The notes beneath the pieces were generated by a model. The model was not told the DNA's origin and searched no databases. It saw only the letters and a list, made by a program, of their open reading frames with translations. Made by a program: the position numbers and the translations under genes. From an uncultured Gemmatimonadales bacterium (GTDB lineage Bacteria > Gemmatimonadota > Gemmatimonadetes > Gemmatimonadales > Gemmatimonadaceae), in assembly GCA_963850905.1 (NCBI GenBank), contig CAWKMU010000002.1, positions 1-49,399 on the forward strand: a DNA stretch of 49,399 bases, read 5' to 3'. Below are positions 9,006 through 18,355 of the stretch, one piece after another; position 1 is the stretch's first letter; every line of letters begins with the position of its first letter.

Positions 9006-9986
9006 TCATGGCACCACGAGCAACACTGGCTGCCGCGATTCCGCGGCCCCACCGAGCGCTGCCTGAAGCAGCCCTTTGGTGACCGATCGCAGGATTGGTT
9101 CCATGAGCTTGGAGAATTTTTCCATCCCGACGGCGATCACATCGGCGTTCCAGCGAAGGGCGGCCGTCCACAGTGCCGCCAGCGGTTCGCCCGACAAAAC
9201 CTCAGTCTCAATGGTGGCCGGCGCGAATCCGCTTCGGCTCGCGAGCGACGTCCTCGCCCGCATGAACTGCGCGGGGAGTGCCGCCCGATATGCTGCGGTG
9301 TGACGGTCGGGATCGCCAAGCACTGGCGAGATCGCCGGTGGCTCCACGTGTGCGAGGAGGAGCGCCGCCGGCCGGGCAACGATGTCGACCACCGCCTGGC
9401 CGGCTCGCTCCGCCACCTGCCCGAAGTCGGTCGCAACGACGGCGCGCGTTAGGTCGCGGCCCCCATCGTGTCCGGCGATAGTGCCGCCAGCTGGAGGGAC
9501 CACAAGCACCGGCACTCGCGTGTCACGAAGCACCGTGAGCATCTTCTCGAGCCCGAGTTCCCGCTCCGTGCTCGCCGGTCCCGCTGCAGAGACGACGAGG
9601 AGGTCTGGCTGATGGTGGCGGAGTTCCACCGCAATAGCGGCTTCGAAGTCCGTCTCGAGTATTTCCCCCGACCAACAGGCAGAATCGGAGGCGACCTCGC
9701 GCAGTTCCTCAGCGAGCTCGCCGCGGAGCTTCCCCAACCTGGCTTCTGGAGCGGATGGATGGACCATCGGTGCGCCCGGAGAGTAATGCGGCGTACGCGG
9801 ACCACGCTGCGGAACGCCAGCGCCCACCACGGTTACGATCGCCCCCCACCGGGACGCGATCGCATCGGTGAGAGCAACCGCACGACGCCCGGTCTCGCCC
9901 ACAGAGGCCGCGAGGAGAATCCTCTTCCCGGCCTGGCGGTGTTCGACCATTCGGGGCGGAACGAAAACAGGTGCCATATCCGACAT
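9006..9986 (-). CDS. Universal stress protein (tandem, divergent USP domains)
   Basis: RILLAAS...PDLLVV...VPVLVVPP and RAVVATDFG...ADVIAVG...ILRSVTKGLL...PVLLVVP; start set at ATG 9986 (ORF track extends to 10151). Confidence 0.8.
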   Translation of the reverse strand: MSDMAPVFVPPRMVEHRQAGKRILLAASVGETGRRAVALTDAIASRWGAIVTVVGAGVPQRGPRTPHYSPGAPMVHPSAPEARLGKLRGELAEELREVASDSACWSGEILETDFEAAIAVELRHHQPDLLVVSAAGPASTERELGLEKMLTVLRDTRVPVLVVPPAGGTIAGHDGGRDLTRAVVATDFGQVAERAGQAVVDIVARPAALLLAHVEPPAISPVLGDPDRHTAAYRAALPAQFMRARTSLASRSGFAPATIETEVLSGEPLAALWTAALRWNADVIAVGMEKFSKLMEPILRSVTKGLLQAALGGAAESRQPVLLVVP

Positions 9987-10286
9987 AACACCCCCAGTCC
10001 TGAAGATCGATACGAGTGGCCCAGGCCGTAACACGGCGCCGGATAGGACGTTCAGCGCGACGCCTGCGATGAGGCAGTCTATGGTCTCGCTCACCCGCTG
10101 CCGCCAGGCTTTTCCCGAGCCCGTGTAGGGTTTCGGCGCAGGCGAGGACATCGACGCTGTTTACTCTCGTCGGTGCTCCTCTCTCCACCAGGGGGTGCGC
10201 GCGAAGGCAATCACCGCTTTGTCTCACACCGCGTGGTTCCACCGAACGATACAGCTTGAGCCCGCCGAGCGACCAACGACCGATTC

Positions 10287-10329
10287 TTGCACCGGCCGAC
10301 ACCCAGGTGTAGTATAGTGAGTGCTCACT
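10287..10329 (+). promoter_or_regulatory. Sigma70-type promoter with adjacent palindromic operator (probable TetR site)
   Basis: TTGCAC (10287-10292), 17 bp, TAGTAT (10310-10315), immediately followed by AGTGAG-TG-CTCACT (10316-10329), upstream of the membrane protein-TetR pair. Confidence 0.65.
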
Positions 10330-10386
10330 TCACTCCCCCACTCCGTTGCGGGGCGGCGGCCTCCCTCGCAGAGAAGGACGGGAACC

Positions 10387-10770
10387 ATGAGAGCCTTTGT
10401 ATCGGCCGCGGCCGTGGCGAATTTTGTCGTCACACTCTGGCACCTCAATTTGGCCGAAAAGCTCAACCCCGCCCTGGCGCCCACCGCATTTGTGCGAATC
10501 GCGGCCTTCGCCGGCGCGCTCACGCTTGCGGGCGTCGCCTTGCTATGGATGCAGCGACAGAAGATCGGATCGCTGATCCTCATTGCCGTGTTCACTGTGG
10601 GGCTCGTCATCGGCAGCGTCGAGCACTTTGTTGTGGCGGGGCCGAACAATGTGTTCGACGTTGGCACCGGCGACTGGACCGTCCCGTTCAAGATCAGCGT
10701 CGCGATTCTGGTCTTCCTCGAGGTTGCGGGGCTATCGGCCGCCGGTCGGGTGCTGACGACTCGCGCCTGA
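10387..10770 (+). CDS. Small integral membrane protein (about 4 TM helices)
   Basis: 127 aa with four hydrophobic segments; AAGGA upstream of ATG 10387. Confidence 0.7.
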   Translation: MRAFVSAAAVANFVVTLWHLNLAEKLNPALAPTAFVRIAAFAGALTLAGVALLWMQRQKIGSLILIAVFTVGLVIGSVEHFVVAGPNNVFDVGTGDWTVPFKISVAILVFLEVAGLSAAGRVLTTRA

Positions 10771-10842
10771 AGGCGAGCTGGGAATGTCGGCACAGGCGCC
10801 GGCCCAATGTCGCCACGGCGTAGAGAGGTCTTTCGGGCGTCC

Positions 10843-11430
10843 ATGACTGCGAGCGGGACACGCCAAAGGATTCTCGACGCGGCACAGCGCCTGCTCGAGA
10901 CAGGCGGACTCGCGCGGCTGACGACAAAGGAGCTCGCACACACCGCCGACTGCGCCGAAGGCACGCTGTTCAAGCATTTCCGAAGCAAGGAAGACATCGT
11001 CCTCGCGGTCGTGATGGAGAACGCTCCGCGATTCCGCGATGCCGTGTCGCAATCACGTCGCGCCAGCCGGCCCGTCGAGAAAAACCTCGCAGAGATCGCA
11101 CTCGCGTGCATTCGATTCTCGGAGAAACTCATTCCCCTCGGTGCGTCCCTGCTCGGCGACGCGGGGCTGCTTGAACGCCACCGGGGGCTCGAGCCGGGGC
11201 GCGGGCCCAAGGAGGCGTTCCAGCTCATCGCCGATTACGTAGCGCAAGAGCAGGCTGCCGGCCGTATCGCCGCGAGGGCTGCGCCAGCGAGCGTCGCGCT
11301 GCTTCTCTTCGGGCCATGCTTCCAGCGCGTCTTCATTCGTCAGGTCGTCGGCAAGAACCCCGCACCCACGAACGATCGGCAATTCATCGCCGGCATTGTA
11401 AGTACGATCATGCAGGGACTCAAGCCGTGA
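10843..11430 (+). CDS. TetR/AcrR family transcriptional regulator
   Basis: TRQRILDAAQRLL...LTTKELAHTADCAEGTLFKHFRSKEDI helix-turn-helix. Confidence 0.93.
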   Translation: MTASGTRQRILDAAQRLLETGGLARLTTKELAHTADCAEGTLFKHFRSKEDIVLAVVMENAPRFRDAVSQSRRASRPVEKNLAEIALACIRFSEKLIPLGASLLGDAGLLERHRGLEPGRGPKEAFQLIADYVAQEQAAGRIAARAAPASVALLLFGPCFQRVFIRQVVGKNPAPTNDRQFIAGIVSTIMQGLKP

Positions 11431-11523
11431 CCAGCCCCGCTGACGAGGAACTATGATAGGGGATCACGACTGCGCTCCGATGACACGTATTCAGAGATGA
11501 TTTCTATTTGTGCACCGGGCGGC

Positions 11524-12255
11524 TCACCCGCCGCCTCTCGCGATCGCCATATACAGGCCAAGCCCGATCAGCAGGAGCGCGATCACGCGTCGGAACATGC
11601 GTTGCGGGAGACGCCCTAGCAGGCGGGTGCCGAGCGAGGTGCCGATCACCACGCCGAGCGTCGCTGCGAGGAGGAGCGGCCACACGTGGGCGATGGCGCG
11701 CGCTTCCGTGGCCAGATACACCGGCAACCGTGCCACATCGACAAAGAGCCCGATCGCCGTCGCGGTCGCGACGAACGACTCTTTTGGCACGTCGAAGCCG
11801 AGCATCGCCGCCGAGCGTATGCCGCCTTGATTGCCGACCAGACCTCCGAACGTCCCCGAGAGCAATCCGGCGAACCATGCTGCTCGCCGCCCCCAGTGAA
11901 CTCGCTCGACCCACCCCGTGAGCTGTGATATACCCGCGAAGATGAGCAAGCAACCAAAGACAACGGCCAGCCCGCGGCTCGGGATCCGTGTGTGCAGGAG
12001 TGCGCCGGCGAGCCCGCCGACCGCGCTCGCGATGCCGAATCCGAGGAGGACGCGCCGATCGACATGGCGTCGCAGCAGCCAGAATCGTTGCGCGGTACCG
12101 ACGAAATGCGGGAATGCGACCGCGGCTACCGCGAGCTTCGTCCCGGTTGTGAGCGCCAGAACCGGGGTGAGCAGACTCCCAATGCCGAAGCCAGTGACGG
12201 CAGCAATGCCGCCAGCAACAATCGCAGTCAGCGCGAGCAGTGCGCCGAATAGCAC
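11524..12255 (-). CDS. TauE/SafE (TSUP) family membrane transporter
   Basis: 243 aa; AGGIAAVTGFGIGSLLTP, GLLSGTFGGLVGNQGG, GTSLGTRLL...FRRVIALLL. Confidence 0.88.
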   Translation of the reverse strand: MLFGALLALTAIVAGGIAAVTGFGIGSLLTPVLALTTGTKLAVAAVAFPHFVGTAQRFWLLRRHVDRRVLLGFGIASAVGGLAGALLHTRIPSRGLAVVFGCLLIFAGISQLTGWVERVHWGRRAAWFAGLLSGTFGGLVGNQGGIRSAAMLGFDVPKESFVATATAIGLFVDVARLPVYLATEARAIAHVWPLLLAATLGVVIGTSLGTRLLGRLPQRMFRRVIALLLIGLGLYMAIARGGG

Positions 12256-12626
12256 GCGCGGGCGATCCTACCGAGGACGAGTGCCCTTCGCGTGCTCCCG
12301 GGATGCGGAGCGGATCCCGGGCGCGCGACCTGGACGCGGGGGCTCGACGAAGAGCTCGGCAACCACGTGTTGCACAGTTCAATAATATATCGACCTTCCG
12401 CTATCGGCTTTGGGAGGCAATCGCCGATTTCGTGGACTAGGCGCGCGGTCGTCGTGGCCAACGTCCGTCGGGGAAACCACGCACAGGCCTGTCAAGCGAT
12501 CGCCGACGGCAGGTTGGTACATCCGCCGACGCTGCCCCCGCACCAACTGCTCTAGGTTGTACTCGTGTGGGATGGATCCTTGGGCGCCATCACGATAGCG
12601 GCGTCGGCATGTGAGAGGAGGCCCCA

Positions 12627-12974
12627 ATGTCACCGGTCACCCTGCAGCAGACCTTGCCGCTGTATCAAGCCCGCTGCTCACTGGTGCGCGCCATCAGGCG
12701 CGCGCACATCGGGCGCGGATACGACGCATTCCTGCTCCGAGTCGCCGTGTCGGAATTCACTGAGAGGCTCCGCCGGGCTCGGATCCCACTAAATCGTACG
12801 CTCACCGCGCTCACCGATGCGATAGATGACGGTCTGCTCAGTGGCGGAGGAGAAGCGCTGCGCGCGACCATGCTCGATCGTGCAACGTCGTGGGCGACGG
12901 AGGTGTACGTCGATTGCGCGTCTCGGGCGCGATGCAATACGTGGTCCGCGGGGGTTGGCCTGCTAGCATCGTAG
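12627..12974 (+). CDS. Hypothetical protein
   Basis: 115-aa helical-looking ORF with strong GAGGAGG RBS. Confidence 0.5.
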   Translation: MSPVTLQQTLPLYQARCSLVRAIRRAHIGRGYDAFLLRVAVSEFTERLRRARIPLNRTLTALTDAIDDGLLSGGGEALRATMLDRATSWATEVYVDCASRARCNTWSAGVGLLAS

Positions 12975-13183
12975 CACCGCTTGCAACCAACTCCTTGGAT
13001 AGGCATCACGGGCGATGGCGAACCGACTATCTCGTTTCGAGAGCACTTGAAGGGATTGCGGTCCGGGTGCATCATGTCTTGTGGCCATCCAGCTGTCCTT
13101 GACGCTTTACGCGCCTCTGGCTTGTCGACTTGGAGCTCTTCAGCCGACAGCCCTCACACAGCGGACCCGAAGTGCCCACCCTT

Positions 13184-14092
13184 ATGGGTACGGCCAACGG
13201 AACTGACAGCCTCGTGAGTGGCTCTCATAACGGTCGACGGTCAGGAGCTGCGCCATTCTACGAGAGGCTTTTTGCCTGTTCGCCCGATGCGATCGTCGTA
13301 GTCGATGCTGAGGGACGCATGATCGAACTCAATCCCCAAACCGAATCGCTCTTTGGTTACAGCCACAGCGAGTTGCTGGGTGGCACTGTCGAGCTTCTCA
13401 TCCCGGAGCGGCTTCGCCCGGTACATATTGCGCATCGCGCCCAGTACACCAGTCAACCTCTACTGCGGCCAATGGGCAACGGTCTCGCACTTTATGGTAG
13501 ACGCCGAGACGGGCGTGAGTTTCCAGTCGATGTCATGCTCAGTCCTGTCAAAGGAGAGGATGGGCAGCAGCTTGTGCTGTGTGTCGTCCGGGACATCACC
13601 GAGCGCATGCGACTCGAAGAAGCCGTGCGCGAACTGGCCTTGAGCGATGCGCTCACTGGCCTGGGCAACTACCGCCGACTGCAGGACGGATTTGAAACGG
13701 AAGCGAAGTGGGCCCAGCGCACTGGTCGCTCGTCCGCACTGCTTCTTCTCGACCTCGATGGATTGAAAAAGATCAATGATGGCCAGGGACACGCCGTCGG
13801 CAGCCGCGCCCTGTGCCGTGTGGCGCGCGCGCTTCGCCTCGAATGTCGGGCAGTCGACGTCGCCGCGCGCCAAGGAGGCGATGAATTCGCCGTTATCTTG
13901 CCCGGTACGAACGCCGAAGGCGCTCGAAGCTTCGCTCGTCGGGCTGCTAGCCGACTCGCAGCCGATGGCGAAGATCCGCCCCTCTCCTTCAGCTATGGCG
14001 TGGCAGTCTATCCAGAGGATGGGTCGACACTGCATCAACTTCTCGAGTCTGCCGACCGTCCGCTTTACGAGATGAAGCGATCAAAACACTAA
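13184..14092 (+). CDS. PAS-GGDEF diguanylate cyclase
   Basis: PAS (SPDAIVVVD...RRRDGREFPVDVMLSP...VRDITER), DALTGLGN, DLDGLKKIND.QGH.VG, RAVD I-site five residues before GGDEF; start uncertain (13130-13184). Confidence 0.92.
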   Translation: MGTANGTDSLVSGSHNGRRSGAAPFYERLFACSPDAIVVVDAEGRMIELNPQTESLFGYSHSELLGGTVELLIPERLRPVHIAHRAQYTSQPLLRPMGNGLALYGRRRDGREFPVDVMLSPVKGEDGQQLVLCVVRDITERMRLEEAVRELALSDALTGLGNYRRLQDGFETEAKWAQRTGRSSALLLLDLDGLKKINDGQGHAVGSRALCRVARALRLECRAVDVAARQGGDEFAVILPGTNAEGARSFARRAASRLAADGEDPPLSFSYGVAVYPEDGSTLHQLLESADRPLYEMKRSKH

Positions 14093-14186
14093 GAGTGCTG
14101 GCGCAGACCCCCTGTACTTCCCCCAATGGTACTGTTCGACGTCACTGTTTGTCGGCAATCGACCGCACACCGAAGAGACACTCCCA

Positions 14187-14675
14187 ATGAACAAACGGCG
14201 CGAGGTACGCTGCTACGACTACGTGAACCATCCGTACGATCGCGTCAGCAGTGCTTTGAGACAGGACGCCCTCAGCGTTTTCCGGTCAGCTACGAAGGCC
14301 GCGGCTGCCCGTGCGCAATCAGTAGCTGCCGAATTGCACGTCGACATTGGCGGCGTGGGGGTGAAGACGGATATAAACATTGCTGTGCAGAGCGTCCAAG
14401 AGACGATTGATGCAACCTCGGGTCCCACCACGCGTTTGATTCTCGAGTGGGAAGCCACAACGGCGCCGCGGCTGTTCCCGCTGATGAGGGGCGAGCTCGC
14501 GATCTACCCGCTGACACGGACGGAAACGCAGCTGGATTTCTCGGGGATGTACGAACCGCCGTTCGGAGCCTTGGGAAAGACTCTAGACGCAATCGCCGGT
14601 CATCGCATCGCCGAGGTGTCAGTTCATCGCTTCATTGACGACGTGGCCGCGTATCTCCGACAGACCCTCGTGTAA
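14187..14675 (+). CDS. Conserved-looking hypothetical protein
   Basis: 162 aa globular ORF (LFPLMRGEL.IYPL...TQLDF.G.YEPPFGALG); function not recognised. Confidence 0.65.
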   Translation: MNKRREVRCYDYVNHPYDRVSSALRQDALSVFRSATKAAAARAQSVAAELHVDIGGVGVKTDINIAVQSVQETIDATSGPTTRLILEWEATTAPRLFPLMRGELAIYPLTRTETQLDFSGMYEPPFGALGKTLDAIAGHRIAEVSVHRFIDDVAAYLRQTLV

Positions 14676-14843
14676 TCGACGGCTGATCCCCACCCCCGCT
14701 GGCTATTAGGGCGTCACGCCTACGGGTGCAAGCAATCGAGCCACGCCGGCGCGGGCTGATCACGCAATCCGCGCTGTCGCGCCTGCGCCGCCCTCACCAA
14801 GGGCCGCCAGAAACTCGCGGTGCGTCAAGATACGCGGCGTCGG

Positions 14844-16877
14844 TCAGCGCGCGACGGACGCCCCGGCCGCGGCCGCTGGCGCGAGCGGGGCAGCGTAGCC
14901 GCTCTGAGACCGGGCCCGATCGGCCTGCGGCCACATGACGACGAGACCACCCAATGCCATGATCATCCCGCCATACCACACCCACCACACCAGCGGATTG
15001 AACGTAATCCGCATCTCTGCCGTCTCGCTGGGCAACACGCCGGTCAGCACCACGTACACATCTTCGCTCGGCTGCGAGTAGATACCGACCGCCGTCGACG
15101 GCTCGAACGAAGGCTCCCCGCGACTGTCGACGTGCTGCCGTTTCTCGCTTTCGATGATCGGCATCGGCCGTCCATCTCGCGTCGGCTTGAGAGAGACCGC
15201 GGTGACCTGGCGGTTGAGGGCGTCGAATCGAGACACGCCCTGACTCACGAATTGCCAGCGTTGACCGTACGGGTCAGTGGCCCCGAACGACTCGCCTGCT
15301 CGCAGCGTGATGTCGAATTCTCGTTTGAACACCAGCCCCGCAAAAGCACAGAACAACACAACGACGCCGGCATGCACGATGTAACCACCGTAACGGCGCC
15401 GATTCCGGGCGATCAGGCGGAACAACGCGACCCCCGCGTTCTCTCCGTGCATGCGCATGCGTGCTGCGACACCCTTGTAGAATTCCTGGAGGATCGTCGT
15501 AGCCACGAAGCCGGCGAGCGTGTACGCGATGAGCGCGTGTGGCTCTCGCAGTCCGAACGCCGCGAGCAGCGATCCGACGGCGACGGCTCCGAACGCCGGA
15601 GCGGCAAACTGCCGCCGTACGTTGGCGATCGACGCCCGCCGCCACGCAACGAGCGGCCCAATTCCCGTGAGCGCCAGCAATAACAGGCCGAGCGGGACGT
15701 TGACGGCGTTGAAGAACGGTGGACCGACCGTGATCTTCGTGCCGCGCACGGCCTCGCTGAGAATGGGAAACAGCGTTCCCCACAGGACGGAGAAGGCGAT
15801 GCCAACTAGTAAGACGTTGTTGTAGAGGAACGCCGCCTCGCGGCTCACCATGCTCTCGAGCTCGGCTCTCGCCTCCAGGTCCTTGAGGCGGGTCGCGACC
15901 AGATACGCCGTCAGGACCGTCGCGCTCACCAGCAGCCCGGCGAACCAGACACCGACTGGCGACTGCGCGAAGGAGTGAACGCTCGAGATGACGCCACTGC
16001 GCGTGATGAACGTCCCAAGAATCGCGAGCAGAAAGGTCGACACCACCAACACGACGTTCCATTTGCGCAACATCCCCCGCTTCTCCTGCACCATGATGGA
16101 GTGCAAGAAAGCGGTGCCGGTCAACCACGGCAGGAGCGACGCGTTCTCGACGGGGTCCCAGGCCCAGTAGCCGCCCCACCCCAGCTCGACATACGCCCAC
16201 CACATCCCCAGCGTGATGCCGATCGTGAGGAAGAACCACGAGACGAGTGACCATCGCCGGACGGCCGCCAACCATTCGCCATCCAGGCGCCGCGTGATCA
16301 GCGCCGCAATGGCAAACGCGAAGGGGATCGTCGTGGCGACGTACCCCAGATACAGGTTCGGTGGGTGGAAGGCCATCCCCGGATTCTGCAATTGGGGATT
16401 GAGGCCGTTCCCATCGATCACCTCATACGGCAGGCGCCCGTAGGGACTCGCGCCAAAGCAGAGCACTGCAAGAAAGAAGACCAGAACCGCCGACAGCGTC
16501 CCGACGACATAGGGCATGAGCGCGCGATTGTGCCCACGATTCGCCCACACGGCGATCGCGCTGTACGTCGACAGAATGAGCGCCCAGAACAACATCGAGC
16601 CCTCTTGGCCAGCCCAGAATGCGGTCAGCGTGTAGAGAGTCGGCAGATTGGCGCTCGTGTATGACGCAACGTACCGCAGCGTGAAATTATGCCGGACGAG
16701 GGCGGTCCACAGGCCGAGGGAAGCCAGGCCGACGAAGCCCCACGTCATGTAGAGCGCGCGTTCCGCCGTCTCCGCCAGATCCGCACGCCGGAAGACGCCA
16801 CCGCTAAACGACATCGCGCAAGCCCAGGCGGCAAACAGCAACGCGACCCACATCGACAGCTCGCCAATGACGATCAT
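14844..16877 (-). CDS. ccmF: Cytochrome c heme lyase CcmF/NrfE family
   Basis: 677 aa; FWAGQEGS, GLNPQLQN, FHPP.LYLGY, WAYVELGWGGYWAWDPVENASLLPW, TRSG..SSVHSFA. Confidence 0.96.
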   Translation of the reverse strand: MIVIGELSMWVALLFAAWACAMSFSGGVFRRADLAETAERALYMTWGFVGLASLGLWTALVRHNFTLRYVASYTSANLPTLYTLTAFWAGQEGSMLFWALILSTYSAIAVWANRGHNRALMPYVVGTLSAVLVFFLAVLCFGASPYGRLPYEVIDGNGLNPQLQNPGMAFHPPNLYLGYVATTIPFAFAIAALITRRLDGEWLAAVRRWSLVSWFFLTIGITLGMWWAYVELGWGGYWAWDPVENASLLPWLTGTAFLHSIMVQEKRGMLRKWNVVLVVSTFLLAILGTFITRSGVISSVHSFAQSPVGVWFAGLLVSATVLTAYLVATRLKDLEARAELESMVSREAAFLYNNVLLVGIAFSVLWGTLFPILSEAVRGTKITVGPPFFNAVNVPLGLLLLALTGIGPLVAWRRASIANVRRQFAAPAFGAVAVGSLLAAFGLREPHALIAYTLAGFVATTILQEFYKGVAARMRMHGENAGVALFRLIARNRRRYGGYIVHAGVVVLFCAFAGLVFKREFDITLRAGESFGATDPYGQRWQFVSQGVSRFDALNRQVTAVSLKPTRDGRPMPIIESEKRQHVDSRGEPSFEPSTAVGIYSQPSEDVYVVLTGVLPSETAEMRITFNPLVWWVWYGGMIMALGGLVVMWPQADRARSQSGYAAPLAPAAAAGASVAR

Positions 16878-16883
16878 TGTGCT

Positions 16884-17333
16884 TTAGCTACGGCGAGCCA
16901 CTGCGTGCTGATAGCCCGGTGTCGTGCGGTACTTGTCAGGTGCATTCTCATAGCGAGACGCGCACTTCGCGAGCAACGTCGTCGCATGAAATGTCCCGTC
17001 CGCGCCTAACCGTCCATCCACCACGACATCGGCACTGTCGGTGAACGTGTCGGGAATGATTCCTCGATACACGACGGGATAGCTCTGGTCCCCGTCGGAT
17101 ACCCGGAACGCCACCTCGCGACCACCAGGGTCGCGGCGAATGGAGCCGGGTATGACGCGCGCGCCCATCTTCACCCCCGAACCGGCCATCGACGGATCGC
17201 TCGCCACGCGCTGGGCGAGTTCTTGCGGGGTGACGTAGTAGACGCCAGTGCTCTTGATCGACGACGTCATGAGATAGGCAGCGACCCCCAGGATCACCGC
17301 TCCGCCAACGAGGAACTTGATTCGTGGCCTCAT
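16884..17333 (-). CDS. ccmE: Cytochrome c maturation heme chaperone CcmE, CxxxY variant
   Basis: N-terminal TM, YYVTP, VVYRGIIPDTF, F.ATTLLAKCASRY (Cys replaces the His of HxxxY). Confidence 0.92.
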   Translation of the reverse strand: MRPRIKFLVGGAVILGVAAYLMTSSIKSTGVYYVTPQELAQRVASDPSMAGSGVKMGARVIPGSIRRDPGGREVAFRVSDGDQSYPVVYRGIIPDTFTDSADVVVDGRLGADGTFHATTLLAKCASRYENAPDKYRTTPGYQHAVARRS

Positions 17334-17914
17334 CGTCCTACGCGTCTCGCTGGCACCGCGCGCAGTTCATGGTTCGACCGTCGTTCAGTGGAGGGGGGTT
17401 CCGCCTGAGTCGGCATGGAGCGGATAATAAGGGCGACCCCCTGCGGACGCGAGAACCCGAGGTCACAGATGCGTAGTGGTCTGCTATCTACTTTCTGCAA
17501 GAGCGACTTCCTCGGCGCGAAGCGCCGTGCCCGACAGGCCAATGGACGTTGACTCTCCGCTCGCTAAGGTAGCGCTGCCACGACGGCGCTGGTGTCAGGG
17601 AATCTCTCTCGATTCGTAACTATTGCGGCCCGATTCGAAGGGAGTTGATAGCACCCGCCGCGCGCGACCTCCGCGAAGCCAGGTCACATCGTCCCACGCG
17701 ACGCCGGCGTCCGTGGCGCTGACCCCCGATGAACGCCGAGGCATTGTCGGGTTCCTCCGGGAGAACGTCCTAGGCCCCGCGACCGTGGCGGCCGTCGGCA
17801 TCCCGCTCAGTCATGGCGCCCGGTCGGCAGCAGCGACCATAATTCCTGAGCGACAGGCACCAAACCATCGACCAACAACCCAGTAACTCACACTCACCCA
17901 CTTCTCTCACCCAT

Positions 17915-18331
17915 ATGAATCGCCGTGTATTGCTCGACACACTGGTGACGGCAGGAGTACGGGCATTCCTTTCTCCGCTGATCGCGAAGGCCGCGAACGC
18001 TGCGGGCGCTCCCAGGCACATACTCGAACAAGACCTGCCCCAGGTCATGCTCGACAACTGGAAAATGACCGCGCTGGAGGTGACGTACGCGCCAGGGGAG
18101 ATGGACGAAGCGCATCGTCATCCAGGTTTCGTGTTTGGATACGTGCTCGACGGTAGTCTTCGGTTCCAGCTCGAAGGTCAAACTGCTACGATCTACTACG
18201 CGGGCCAGATGTTCTACGAGTTTCCGGGCAGCGTACACCGACTGTCGGGCAACGCCAGCTCGACGCAGCCCGCGCGCCTGCTGGCGATGATCTTCGCCCC
18301 GCACGACCAACCGTTGAGCGTGCGTGTGTGA
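17915..18331 (+). CDS. Cupin domain protein, possible Tat-like leader
   Basis: VTYAPG...AHRHPG.VFGYVLDG...AGQMFYE.PGSVH; N-terminus MNRRVLL...AKAANA. Confidence 0.85.
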   Translation: MNRRVLLDTLVTAGVRAFLSPLIAKAANAAGAPRHILEQDLPQVMLDNWKMTALEVTYAPGEMDEAHRHPGFVFGYVLDGSLRFQLEGQTATIYYAGQMFYEFPGSVHRLSGNASSTQPARLLAMIFAPHDQPLSVRV

Positions 18332-18355
18332 ACCCGGTCGAGCGATTCTCGCTTC

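Noticed and set aside
12297..12321. CCCGGGAT...ATCCCGGG inverted repeat upstream of the TauE gene as a riboswitch
   Set aside because: Short GC-rich stem only, with no recognisable aptamer consensus
12975..14100. Apparently lower-GC stretch around the diguanylate cyclase as a mobile insertion
   Set aside because: Impression by eye only; no terminal repeats, transposase or integrase seen
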